This document shows, piece by piece, positions 14,090 to 27,810 of a stretch of DNA of 64,000 bases. The notes beneath the pieces are model-generated. The model worked only from the letters and a program-made list of their open reading frames with translations, was not told the origin of the DNA and made no database searches. The DNA lies in the NCBI GenBank assembly GCA_013239625.1, contig MU053629.1:3127567-3191566 (forward strand), in the 5' to 3' direction. How positions within the stretch are numbered: position 1 is the first letter of the stretch; each line of letters begins with the position of its first letter. Source of the DNA: Lama guanicoe (Eukaryota). The translations under genes were made by a program, and so were the position numbers.

Positions 14090-15230
14090 TTTAACATACA
14101 GTAAGAATAAGTTGGTAAATGCATCGAGTGGTAAAACCACTGCTACTATCAAGATATGGAACACAACCGCCCCCAAATTCCCCTATGCTACCCCTTTGTG
14201 ATCAGACCCTGTCACAACCCTAACCCCAGGAACCACTAATCTATCCTCTGTTCCTATAATTTTGCCTTTTCTAGAATGTCGCAGAAATGGAACCATATAA
14301 TATGTAGTCTTTTGAGCCTGGCTTCTTTCACTAAGCAAAATGCTTTTAAGATTCATCCATGTTCTTGTGTGTATCAAGAGTGTATTCCTTTTTTTTTTTT
14401 ATTGCTAATGAGTATTCCATTTTATGGATGTATTTCACTGTATTCATTCCCCAGTCGATGGACATCTGGACTTTTTCTAATTTTTTGGTTATTTTAAGTG
14501 AAGCCACTGTAAACATTTGTGTTCAGATTTTTGAATGAACATAAATTTTAATTTTACTCTGTTAAATATCTGGGAGTGAGATTGCTTCATCTGTTGTTAT
14601 TCTTTGTTTAGCTTTATAGAAAATTGCCAAATGGTTTTTTAGAGGGGCTGTATCATTGTGCATTGGCCTCTGGCAATGGGTGAGAATGTATGAAATAATT
14701 CAGTTGCTTCCAGTTTTCATCAGCTCTTGGTATTGTCAGATTGTTTCATTCTAGTTATTCTAACAGATATGTAGTACTATCTCATTATGGTTTTTATTTA
14801 CATTTCCCTAATGACTAATGATGTTCAACAGTTTTTCATTGCTTGTTTGCCATCCATGCCTCTCCTTTGGTGAAGTAAATATACAGATCTTTAGTTCATT
14901 ATTCTATTGGCCTGTTTGTTTTCTTATTGTTGAATCTTGAGAGTTCTTTATATATTCTAGACATATATCAGTTGTCAGATATGTGATTTGCAAATATCTT
15001 CTCCCTGTAAATAACTCATCTTTTCATTCTGTCAATTGTGTCTTTTCATACCCTTAAAAAATTTTAAATTTGATGAAGTCTAAATTGTCAAGTTTTCTTC
15101 TGTGGATCATGGTTTTGATGTTGTGTCTAATTACTCTCTGCCTAACCCAAGGTCTCAAGTACGTTTTCCTTTTATTTTCTTCTAAAAGTTTTTATTTAGG
15201 GCTATGATCCATTTTGAGTTCATTTTTATA
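14090..15230 (-). mobile_element. Old LINE-1 (L1MC-like) 3' fragment
   Basis: Antisense L1 3' UTR/ORF2 motifs; - strand ORF 14183-14377 reads TWMNLKSILLSERSQ, an ORF2 C-terminal relic. Confidence 0.85.
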
Positions 15231-15443
15231 GCAATCTTTGTCTTTTAATTGGAACATTTAATCCTTTCATATTTAAGTAATTTGTACCTACCATCGTGTT
15301 TTGTGCTTCCCACTTGTTCCTCTGGTTCTCTTTTTATTTCATTTTTCACCTACTTTTGAATTATTTTTCCTCATTTCAATTTTTCCTTCTCTACTAGTTT
15401 GGTTTCTACACTCAGTTTTTTTTTTCCCTCCATGGCTAGTCAA

Positions 15444-15597
15444 CAGTGCTATTTAAAGTGTGGCCTTGAACATCAGTATCAACCTGGGGGCTTGTTAGAA
15501 ATATAAATTCTTGGGTCCACCCCACATCTGAATCAGACTTGTGTTTTAACAAGCCCTTCAAATTATTCTGATGCATGCTAAAATTTAAGATGCACTG
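15444..15597. mobile_element. MER5A-like hAT-Charlie MITE
   Basis: CAGTG...CACTG termini; CTTGTTAGAAAT, TGAATCAGA and TTTTAACAAG cores. Confidence 0.75.
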
Positions 15598-16341
15598 AAA
15601 TTAAAACATACATACTTAATCAGAGTTTCACCCTTCTTCCAGGCAGCAAGCACTTCAGATATTTTAATTCCATTTACTTCCCTTCAGGTTTTATGTAACT
15701 GTTGTCTTGTATTTTAAGTCTTTTTTCCACCCCAGAAAACATTATTTGTGTTCTATACAATCAAGATTTGTTTAGCCTTACCCATTTCTACTTTCTTTGC
15801 TCTTCCTTGATTCTTGTTTTTTAAACCTTTCATCTGAGATCATTTCTTTCTTAATTAAGTACATTCTTTAGAATTTCCTTTTATGAACATCATAGAAGCA
15901 AATTCACTTAGCTTGTCTAAAAATGTCTCTCTCTCTCTTTTTTTTTTTTCCACCTTCTTTTTTGAAAGATATTTTTTCTGGGGGCAAAATTCTAAGTTGG
16001 CAGTCATTTTTTTCCCCTGAGAAGAAATAAGCATTATGTTTCCAAGATGGTTTGTTTTTTGTATTCTACTGGTTCACTATGTTGTGTTAAAGTGAAATTG
16101 TTTTGTTTTTAATTCTGCTTGAATTCAGTTGGCTTCTTAAATCTGGATTTTGAAACAGATTGGTCCTAGAAGATTGTTAGCTACTGTCTCTTCAGATACT
16201 GCCTCTGCATCATTTTCTCTTTCCTTTCTTTCCAGAACTCCAATTAGATGAGTGTGTGTCTTATTTATCCTCCAAATCTATGAACCATTCTTTCAAGTTT
16301 ACTTTCTCTTGCTTCTCTTTAGTGTATGCTGGACAATTTCT

Positions 16342-17432
16342 TTTTTTAAAATTTTTATTTATTGTATTGTAATTGACTATACGTCAATAAAAAATAAAAC
16401 TAATATAAATTTTTAAAAATTTATTATTTTAATTGAAGTATAGTTGATTTACAATGTTGTGTTAGTTTCTGGTATACAGAAATATGATTCAATTATACAT
16501 ATATATATTCTTTTTCATATTCTTTTCCATTATGGTTTATTACAAGATAATGAATGTAGTTCCCTGTGCTATACAGAGGACGTTCTTGTTTACCTATGTT
16601 ATATATAATAGTTTATATCTGCTGATCCTAAACTCTATTTGTCCCGTCCCCACCCTCTTTTCCCTTTGGTAACCATAAACTTGTTTCCTGTGTCTATGAG
16701 TCTGCTTATATTTCATGAATGAGTTCATTTATGTCATATTTTAGGTTTCCACTCATCAGTGATATCATATGGTATTTGTCTCTTTCTGACTTACTTCACT
16801 TAGGATGATAATCTTTAGGTCCCTCCATGTTGCTGTAAATGGCATTATTTTATTCTCTTTTAAGGCTGAGTAATATTCCATTACACACACACACACACAC
16901 CCCTCTTTATCCAATCATCCGTCAGTGGACATTGAGGTTGCTTCCATGTCTTTGGCTATTGTAAATAGTGCTGCTGTAAACATTGGGGTGGATGTATTTT
17001 TCTGAATTAGAGTTTCCTCCAGGATATATGCCCAGGAGTGGGATTGCTGGATCATACAGCAACTCTCTTTTTAGTTTTTTAAGGAACCTCCATACTGTTT
17101 TCTGTAGTGGCTACAATACTTCACATTCCCACCAACAGTGTAGGAGGGCTCCCTTTTCTCCATACCCTCCCCGGCATTTGTTATTTGTAGACTTTTTAAC
17201 GATGGCCATTGTGACCAGTGTGAGGTGGTATCTCATTGTAGTTTTGATTTGCACTTATCTAATAATTAGCTACATTGAGCATCTTTTCATGTGCCTATTG
17301 GCCTTCTGTATGCCTTCGTTGGAGAAATGTCTATTTAGATCTTCTGCCCAGTTTTTGATTGGGTTGTTTGTTGTTTCGTTATTGAGCTGTATGAGCTGTT
17401 TGTATATTTTGGAAATGAAGTCCTTGTTGGTC
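16342..17432 (-). mobile_element. ~1.1-kb lineage-specific LINE-1 3' fragment nested in an older L1ME-like element (~15230-17800)
   Basis: Perfect 17-bp TSD TATGCTGGACAATTTCT at 16325-16341 and 17433-17449; antisense L1 3' terminus at 16430-16456. Confidence 0.92.
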
Positions 17433-17894
17433 TATGCTGGACAATTTCTATTGTGATAGTCATCTTTTTCTGTTCATTAATGTTCTCTTCACTTGTGTCT
17501 AATTTGCTGTTAAGCCTGTCCATTGTGTTATTGATTTCAGTCACTGTGTTTTTTATTTCTAGAAGTTCTGTTTTTTTAATCCACTAAGCTATATTCTATA
17601 GTTTATTTTGAGTAGATGTTTTCCACTCAAAAATTGAAACATAGTTATTTTACCTTCTGTGTCTATTGAAATGTCTGAAGTCTGTGAGAGTTTTCTGTTC
17701 TTTCTCTTAAATATTGTTTCCACTGGTCCTCCAATAGTAACTTAAGTCTTGGAGTGCTTAGTGTTTGTTGACTGTGAGCCAGTCACTTTCCTTAGAAAAT
17801 CATTTATATATTATTGAGGTACATTCCTCCAAAGAAGGTTTGCGTTTGTTTCTTCCATACCCTTGGGGCCTACTCAACTTGTAGTAATGGCTTT

Positions 17895-17945
17895 CTTCCG
17901 AGATCAGACGAGATCAGGCGCGTTCAGGGTGGTATGGCCATAGAC
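17895..17945 (-). pseudogene. 3'-truncated 5S rRNA retropseudogene (5S nt 1 to ~51)
   Basis: Minus strand GTCTATGGCCATACCACCCTGAACGCGCCTGATCTCGTCTGATCTCGGAAG matches the 5S rRNA 5' end with two CpG transitions; 15-bp TSD AGTAATGGCTTTCTT at 17883-17897 and 17946-17960. Confidence 0.95.
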
Positions 17946-18253
17946 AGTAATGGCTTTCTTGAACCTATTTTGGCTATAGATTATTATCACGAGGTTGCAG
18001 TTTTTCAGGGACAGAATTTTTTGGCTCTCAGTTCTGCTTAGCACCACAGGAATTTGCCTTGCAGTTATCTGAGGGTGATTGGGTATGTAGGTTTTTCATC
18101 CCTACCTAAAAGGTCCAAGCTTTATTGGGAGAGAAGTCTCCTATAGGATCCTCCAAGCCTTACCTTCTGTTCCACCCCTCACTCCCCACCTCCACTGAAG
18201 CCAAGGCTGAAGTTCACCTGCCTGGGCAAATGCCTTTAGGGCAAAAGTGATCT

Positions 18254-18339
18254 CAGGACATAGGATTGAGCAACTCCAGGGGCATTATTTTGATGAATAG
18301 GATGTAAATGGTGCCTCCTGGTGTTCTACACCTGGACAA
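18254..18339. mobile_element. MER91-like palindromic DNA-transposon relic
   Basis: GCAACTCCAGGGGCA...ATGTAAATGGTGCCTCCTGGTG resembles the recalled inverted core of MER91. Confidence 0.6.
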
Positions 18340-20225
18340 TGTTGTCGATTTATCTGTCTGGGTCCCTACTTCACTTCTCTTTGAGCTGATAATTCCTAGC
18401 TTTCTACTCCATGCTTCAGTTATTTTAAGAGGTTTAGAGTTGTTTTTTTTTTAATTTGTTTGTTTTTAATTCAGACTTCAACTATTTCCAATAGGAAGGG
18501 CAGTCTGAATGTCTAGCCTGCCATAGCCTCAAAACTCTATATACACCACAATTTATAGAAATATCTGATAACCTAATTTGTTCAAATAATAATTACCTTA
18601 TTTTTTTTCTGGCACCAAAGGTTTAATTAGGAACAGTTCAATGGAATTATAAAGAATCTATAGTCTCTGGTACATAACCATATCCTCATGAATTTTACTA
18701 ATAAGTGTATTGGATTTACATTGAAATACCAAAGTGATTCAAAGGTTTAATAGTGACCACAATTTTTTTTAACGTTTCTCAGAAAATGAGTACATTAACC
18801 CAGAATCATGTGTGTCAGTTGCATAGCAAGTGATGGGTCTCCATGGTTACGTTAAACATAACAAGTACAAAGAGGAAATGTCTCTCGGTGGTTGATGAGC
18901 TAAAAGGAAGTGAGTCTTGTACTAGATTATATGGTATGTTTTTAAGCTTTCGGTCAAGAATGGAAGGTTTCAGATCCTCCTGTGTTACTCCTTGCTCAAA
19001 CGTAAGTAAAAGTAGTTATGGAAAAAACATATGTGTAGTCAATGCTAAGACACCGTGTATTGATGTCATGTAGAAAAACATAATGCAGAGATCCTTTTTC
19101 TGTGGTTTATTTAATTCTCTCTGTTATTTATAGTATTTGCTCTGAAGCATAACTCAATAAAGTTCTAGCAATTAAAGGGAAAGGAAATCTGTCTTAGCCC
19201 AATATTATATTAGCCTGACTCCCCATTTGGAAAAAAAATTATTTTATAACACAACAAATCAGCCTTGGAGACCACAAGTCCATTTGTGTCCACAAGTCTA
19301 TGGAGTAGATATTCAATAGATGTTTGTTGAATCAATTTGTGAATGGCTAATATGTAATGGGCAGTTGTAAGGAAAGCACGCAGTGGCTAAAATGTTGCTT
19401 GGATCAAATTATGGGAAGAACATTAAAGAAGGAAGATTCCTGGGATTCAGTCCCCATTCTAGGGCCCCTGTGTGCTATAGCCTTGGATAATCCACAACCA
19501 CCTTGTGCCCCAGTTTCTTCATCCCTTCCCCTACTCTTGGGTCAAACTGCATTGCTGCTCCCTATATATGCTGCATGATTTCCCAGTTCAGTGTCCTTGT
19601 CCTTACAGTCCTCTATCTAAAATGCTTTCCCCATCACTGCGTGACTAAACCTACCTCGCCATGGCATCCTACTTCTCAATAATCTACCTAAGACAAATAC
19701 TCCCTTACCAAGCTTCCCCAGCTAGAAGTTACCTTTCCCTCTCATCTCACACATTGTTTTCTCTTTTAACTCAGTGGTGTCATTCAACACTTTATGGCTT
19801 ACATTGTGATCTTTTATGTAGATATCTACACTATGCTGCTTCTCTGCTAGGATGGAAGTTCATGAGGGTAGGGCTCATGCCTGCTATATTTTTGTAGCCC
19901 CCCCCCATATTACCTAGAAAAGTACATTGGAGGTTATATGTGCTCAGTTAATATTTGTCAACTCTGAAAATAAGGAATATCAATGCTTTCCTTGCTAAAG
20001 AAGGAGGTCTGTCAGTTGATAGCTTGAGGCCATTTCCAGCTTTTAGACCAATGATTGGAGCACTGATGGGGAATGCTGGATATAAATAAGTAAAGAAAAG
20101 CGTATAAGTTGTTTATCCATTAGTGGGAGAAGAAAGAGAATACTTGGATGGATCAGAGCCCGTTTAAAAGCAGAACCCATTTAAAAGAACAGGGAAATTG
20201 ATGATGCAAGAGTAAGAAAGTGACA

Positions 20226-20909
<684 letters not shown>

Positions 20910-22957
20910 AGAAAGTGACATGAGCAGTATAGTCATTTTAAAAAGTTCTTTTCTCTACTGCTCTTTTTAAAATTTATATATACCTGTATACAGCTGGTAT
21001 ATTAAGTTCCTAATTTTGAGAGATTCCCTCAGGAACTAAGCCAGAAAGTAACTGCAGTTTTAGAATGTAGTTAACAGTCCGACAGCCATAATGTTGAATG
21101 AGAGAGCAGACACAAGACAGTCCATACTGTATGAGTCCATGAAATACAAACCTAGAATTTTTCAAACTTCAAAACTAATTTGTGGTGATAGAAATTAAAA
21201 TAGTGGTTACCCTTGGAGAGTGGTGACTGGTACAGGGCATAAGGGTTGTTCAGAGGTGCTGGTAATTTTCTATGTTATATGTACATGTAGGAATGTTTTT
21301 CATTTATATGTAAAATTTGTGCACTTTATTGTATGTAGGTTATACCTCTTTTTTTTTTTTTAAAGAATGCAGTTAACAAATCTGATTACCTCATGAATCA
21401 CCAATGAGCAGGGTAAGGATAAATCCAAGCTATAAATGTGTTTCCTGGAAGAAGAGGCACACTTTTAAAATTCCAGAGTTTCCTCGGCAAACCTGTGACC
21501 AGATGGCCCTCATAAATAATGCATCAAAATATGGTTAGAAATAGAAGAATTTGTGGTGTGTGATGAAGTGAAAACAACCAATGAGCATATGGTTTACTCC
21601 TTTTGACTTCATTGTGATTTTTCTGGAAGAGCCAGGATCACCAATAAATTGTCATGCGCTAAGAATGGAATAAGTACTGTACGAGAAAACTTGTTAGCTG
21701 TGAAACCTTGAATAAGTCACAGGCTTTCTGGGCATTGGATGCTTCCTCTGTTAAATGGAAAAATATTTTATCTGTTCAAAGATAGAGGACAAGTTCGAGT
21801 GATCTCTTAAGACTCCTTCCAGCTCTTAAAATCTTTGGCTTATGGAATTTGAAACTATAAAGAACAACTCGGGTTAAAGCTTTCCCACTATTGGAAGTAG
21901 ATTGGGAAAATAAGTCGCTTTAAAAATCTGTAATAATAGGCAATAAAAAATGTAGGTGGAATTGGAGTCTTGCCAAGTAGTAAGAGATCCAGGCAGAAAA
22001 CATCTTTTCAGACTCAGCCAGCTACCAGAAACCATTTGCTCTTGTTCCCTGGGGATTTCCCTAGCCTTCGGCAAGAGGTTTACTAATAATATGTTTTTTC
22101 AAAAGAAAGAAAGAAAAAAGATAAGGGAACATTTTTAGACTTTAATCAAAGAAAGCATTGTGTGGTAAATTTTTCCTTTGTGGGTTCATGTTTGCAAAGA
22201 ATAAATCCATTGCAGAAAAATGGTGTTTCATAAAATATGTGAGCAGAGAAGGAAAACTAGTCTAAGTCTGACTTAAGTAAAATCTCATAACTGGGAGAAA
22301 CTGCGCAGCATCATGTCTTCTTTCAATGCTAGTAAGTGAGCATCATGTCAGTTTTTCAAAAGGGGCAACTGAGGCCCAGAGAGACTAAATGACTTGCCTA
22401 AGGTCACAGAGCTGGGAGTAGCACAGACCAAAAGCCAGTTCTCAGTTTCCATCCTATCAAATCTTCCGCTGCACCAGGCTGCCCCCTGTGGCTCCTTTTG
22501 GATGACTTGAATGCCAAGAAAGAGGCAGGAGAGACTTCAGCTGTACTTGGTTTTTAAAGCAATTGAGAAGGTACAAAGCTAATGGAATTGGAAGTCAGCA
22601 GACTTGAGCCCACCCCCCTTATAACTGTGACCTTGGAAAATCATTCAACTTCTCTGAGCCTCAATTTCCTCATTGAAATAGCACCTCACATTATCACTGA
22701 GGCAGAAATCAATTGAAGTAACTTATGAGAAAGTGAAAATACTGTATAAATTACAAGCCAAAATGTGATTATTAAAGTGGAGAAATTCTTATCTGCTTAG
22801 TAAGTTAAGGAATTAGTGATTACAGAACAATAACACCTGATGAAAATGCTCTGGGTGAATATGTCACAGCAGGGCTACTATTAGGATATATAAAAATCAA
22901 TGATCCTGTAACAGAAATGTCCTTTGTTTATTTATCGCAAAAGTCTAACATAATTAC

Positions 22958-23046
22958 TTTTTTTTTTTTCAGTGGAGGTGCTTGGGATTAAGCCCAGGAC
23001 CTTGTACACGCTAAGCATGCACTCTACCACTGAGCTTTATCCCCAC
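22958..23046 (-). mobile_element. Vic-1-type SINE (short form)
   Basis: T-tract followed by a reverse-complement tRNA-Ala-like head. Confidence 0.85.
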
Positions 23047-24671
23047 TTTTAATAAATCTCCAAGGAAGCTTACCTAATGTGTAGATGCTGGTTGTAAAAA
23101 GATGTTTATGTGAGGGAACGCATCTTTATCCTTCTCCACGCTTTGCACTGTCAATCCTTTTAAATTTGTGAACCCAAAATGGTAAAAAAAATCAGGTCCT
23201 TTATTTAAATTTGCATTTTCCTTATTAGTAGTGAGGCTTGGCATCTTTTTATTGGAAGTATACATCGAAAAACCTTTATGGGAGGCTGCTAGATAGTACC
23301 AAGTAAAAATTTAAGTGCACTTACCTTTCAAACCAGAAATACCGTTTTTCATTAGCTCCCTTAGAGAAATAATGCTCACATATATACACATAGAGACATG
23401 TACAAGGGTTTCACTACAGTGTTGTCTGAAATAGCAGATAACTAAAAACAAACCAAATAACCAGCAACTGGAGGCGTGGCCAGATACACTGGAATATCCA
23501 AACCACAGAAAACTATGTAACCACTGTAATAGAATGAAGTGGAGCTTCAACATGAGAAAAAAGTGAGTTGCAGAAAAGCATGTACAACAGAACATCATTT
23601 ACTTAGAAAATGAAAATAAAACTATATATTCTATATGCATGTAAATAATAAGCAAATGTCTTGAGAGTTACATGATAAACTGAAAACAGGTTACCTAGGG
23701 GAAGGAGACCAAGTACGAGCAGGTGGCCAAGGGAAACTTTGGTATCATTTGAATCTTTAAAACAAGAATATATTTGTGTATGGCTTGATACTTGATAATA
23801 TATATAGTTTAAAATGATACTGAAGACTAAACTATAAAATTTAAAATTGGGAACATAATTATTTCAATCTTAGAACAGATTTTAGGTTATAGAAATGTCT
23901 TAAGATTTTCCAGAGTTGCAAGATAAGAATGAGTCCAAGTAGAGCTGAATTAATAGGATGCCTGTCATTGAAGTGAAGGGTGAAAATGCAGTTAAAAATC
24001 AAAGTCATCTAATATATGTGGATATTTGATATCATGTAGAAATTGATGATTTTTCTTTCACTTTTGTCCGGATATCAAATAGGCACAGATTGAGGTTCAC
24101 CCTTCGTGAAATCCCTGGTTTCAATTTACTTAAACAATTGTTGTGTTCCTTATTAATATTTTACATGGAACAGAGTACATTTCAGTGAGATCGACTGTCT
24201 TTTTTTGGCACTGACTTTTTCTGTGATCACAGAAGTACTATATGCTTATTGTGAAAAGAAAAAAAGAAAATATTGGAAGTTGTGAAGCAAAAGTTACAAG
24301 ATAGCCCCATCATCAAAAAGAAATACTGTTAAGATTCGTAGGTGCTTTCCCTTTGCATATAGGTGTTCATGAAATTGAGTTAATACTATGCATACAGTGT
24401 TATGTTCTTTTTTCTCAGTTAACATTTTATTGTATGCATTTCTGCGTATCATCACAGATTCTTCAAAAATGTTTATAATGACACAATCTATTCTAAAGTG
24501 TGGATACACTGCAATTTATCTATCTAGTCTCTTATTATAGGATATTTAGCTTGTTTTCTTTTGTTTTTTCACTTTTATACCTAACTATGAAGAACATCCT
24601 TCCATAAGATTCTTTGCTCCCATCTTTGATTATGTCCCTAGGATATATCCCTGGAAATGGAATTACAAGAT

Positions 24672-25149
24672 TGTGCTGGTTATTTTCCATTCCTATTCTC
24701 ACCCCTTCTCTGTCTTTCTTCATCCTGCTCTTTGTCTTCATAGATTGCATATCCAGGATCTCTAGTCCTTTGGCTTCCTTGAGATTCAGTCAGTTGGTGG
24801 CACCAGGAAGCGATCAAGAGGCAAGAAGAGAGAGAAGTCGAGTGTCTCCTCCTCTTTCTCTTCCTGCTTGAAGACAGAGGCTGCATGCCGCTCCCCACCT
24901 CCAGCCCAGCCTCCCCCACCCTCTCTACTCCCCCCTCCTCCTCCACCATTTCTGCTCTTCCTGAATTCCATAAGATTATTATTTCCTCCCTTTGTCCCTT
25001 TGTCTTTAGGAATACTATTCTCTGGGTGCCTCAGCATCCCTTGTTTACTTCCATGACCTGGTCTACCCATCTGTAAGTATTATTAAAGTCTCTTCATTTG
25101 AACCATCCTGGGTAAAAATCCCTGTCCTTCCGGGATCCTGACAGACACA
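24672..25149 (+). mobile_element. LTR33-like ERVL solo LTR interrupting an old antisense L1 (~24230-25230)
   Basis: TG...CA termini; ATTAAA near 25082; recalled LTR33 motifs; L1 sequence resumes on both sides. Confidence 0.65.
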
Positions 25150-25258
25150 CACTTTTAAAATATGCTCTTGATAGACGTTGCCAAATTGCATTGCAGAAAG
25201 TTTATATCCATTTGTACTTCCATTAGTAGCATGCTAAAGCCTGATGAGATGAGCTTTT

Positions 25259-25358
25259 TAAAAAATAATAATTTTATTCTATTTTTTTTTCTTTAATGGA
25301 GGTACTGGGGATTGAATCCAGGACCTTGGGCATGCAAGCATGTGCTCTACCGCCCCCC
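25259..25358 (-). mobile_element. Vic-1-type SINE with A-box region deleted
   Basis: TSD TGAGATGAGCTTTT at 25245-25258 and 25359-25372. Confidence 0.88.
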
Positions 25359-26452
25359 TGAGATGAGCTTTTGAAGTTGCAATAGATTTTTGAAGACATC
25401 CAGTCTCCTGGTAACGGTTACCCCCCTTTTGGATGTCACTCATAGGCAAAGTGTTCTGCCATAGGCCATCTAAAGTCATGCATGACAAGGGTGAAAATAT
25501 TGGGGTAAGCAGTTGTGTGTCATTTACAACCCTGAAATTCACAATGCAAGAGACCCTGGATTGTATTGGGAAAATGACTCCTTTGACTGACACCTGTGAA
25601 TAGGGAAGAACGCATTCTTCCCAGGGACACAAGACAGTAAGGTGTAGTTTGGGATGTCAGCTTATATGCAGATGACAGCCAAACACTAGGCCAGGAAACC
25701 AGTGGGGACGCAGTGCTGCTGCCTGTAGGGTGTTGGTACTCACTTGGTAGAAGAATTTCCACTTGATCTTCCTAGTCCTGGCTTTCTTAGGAGAGCAGTT
25801 TGCAGGTACATGGATTACGAGAAGAAAGAAAAAATCCACAAAGGCATCTTCGTCCCGTCTCAAATGAAAGGCAACTATACTTACTGGCAATCTACACAAT
25901 GGTTGCTAGAAAGTGGTTGAGATTTTAGCCAAGTGATGTTTATACTACAGCTGACTCATCACACAGGTGGAAACATTGCTTTTCTATTTTCTTGCAAAAT
26001 ATTGAGACACCTAGTGGGCACAACATGAAAACATCTTTATGGAAAATGGTGAGTTCAGTCAATACCCAGGTAAGTGATATTCAATGCTTACTTCTACAAA
26101 AAGTAGTCTTATTAGAGAAATACCCAGAGCCAGGAATCAGACCAACTTTTGACTCATATTGGATAATCAACATACATTATTACCACGTGCTTTTTAGCAC
26201 TGAGTATTTTTCAGAGTCCTTTAAACATAAAGTTTCTTTCCATAACACTCGGTACAGTAGTCTCCTCCTACTGTGGGCTCCCGAAGGTGGGGGCTACTCC
26301 AGTTTCCTCCCAGCAGTAGCTCAGTGTCTAATACATAAAAATCAGATGCTCAGTAAAAGTCTGATGAACTGAACTCATCTGAACAACCACCCCAAGAGAC
26401 GGGATAGTTACGTGCACAATGGGGCGGCCAGTCAGTGAGCCAGTAGCATGCA

Positions 26453-26888
26453 GGTTGGTGAAATAATTTACCAGAGAATAGAAAAGGAGTTTATTAGGGG
26501 TACACTGCCATAGACAACAGTGAGCCACACAGACCAGAGGTGCCTGTGTGAGCACCGAGGGCCTGTTGTTGGGGTGTTTTATAAGGTCAGGTCACAAGGT
26601 GCCTGATCGGCTTGTACAGGAGTCTCTGATTGGTTGTAGGTGAGGTAAGAGGGTTAGGGTCTGTGAAGGGCGTTGGGGTTTGACTCTGATAAGGTAAGGC
26701 ATTACCTGAGGCTATTAGTTTGTTGGGGAAACACGCCCAATAAAGAATGTACTTTATCTGAGACCCCAGAAATGGGGGTCATTGGACTTCGAAGGATGTC
26801 AGTTAGCCCAACAATAGTTTCTGATTTTTTTTCTTTGTGGCAGGTGAGGAAACAAAAGATCAAAGAGTAGAGACAGTTGCCTTCCAAC
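26453..26888 (-). mobile_element. Probable ERV1-class solo LTR, family not identified
   Basis: Inverted termini GTTGG...CCAAC; on the - strand CCAAT (~26628), TATAAAA (~26580) and AATAAA (~26490) occur in LTR order. Confidence 0.55.
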
Positions 26889-27810
26889 TAAATAAACAAA
26901 AGAGCCAGCTGTGAGCCACATCCTGTACTCCTAAACTGACCGCGTGGGAAAGCCCCCTTGCTTACTTAACCTCCCATTGGCTTTCCCGTCTGACTTCAGT
27001 TAGCAGCGTCTTTCTTTATTCCACTGCTGGGGCCACTTTTAGAAGGTCATAGTGTTTAAATTAGGGGTGATCAACCCATGACCCAAGTGAGGCCCCAAGC
27101 GGGATACCTTCCTTAGAGGATTTTCCATGTTAGATTAACTGGCGTGAAACTCCTTTTCATCTCATGATAGGGTTTATGCATTTCCAATTTTACAGAGCAC
27201 ATATTTAATCCATTACCTGGAGTATAGGTGGAGTAATTTGTTTACGTCACCAAGACTTAGCCAAAGGACCTATAAATCCTATGCTGTTCCTGGCCAGCCT
27301 TTGTCTTTGGAAAGCAACTTATTAAAAATCCTCATCATTGTAGCTTGCAAAAGGGTAAAAAGTCCTGGGAGGGTACCTGGGCCAGTGTTTCTGAAAGCAG
27401 GGTTCAAAGACTTTTAGGAGTTCCACTGATGAGTTCTTGCAGCCTAGAAGTTACCTATGAATATTTAAAATTTTAGATACCCTTCTGTGATCATCTGAAG
27501 TTGACATAAATGCCTTTTAGATCACCTGGCTAGCCACCTCATAGGTAAATCTGGACACAAGGAATTACTGTGCCCCACAAAGTGTTTATCTTGGTACCCA
27601 GTAATCAACTAAAATAATATGTAACTTAAAAAAATTGAGATATAATTCACCTACCCTAAAATCCATCTTTTTAAAGCGTACGATTCAGTGGTTTTTTAGT
27701 ATATTCACAAGATTGATGATTCACAGCCATCACCACTAGATAATTCCACAACGTTTTCATTACCCCTAAAAAAATCCCCATGCCCAGTGGCAGTCATTAC
27801 CTATTCTTCC

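Noticed and set aside
16983..17456. 157-aa ORF (likewise 48696-49118, 12830-13132, 47312-47632)
   Set aside because: Antisense or off-frame translations of LINE-1 relics.
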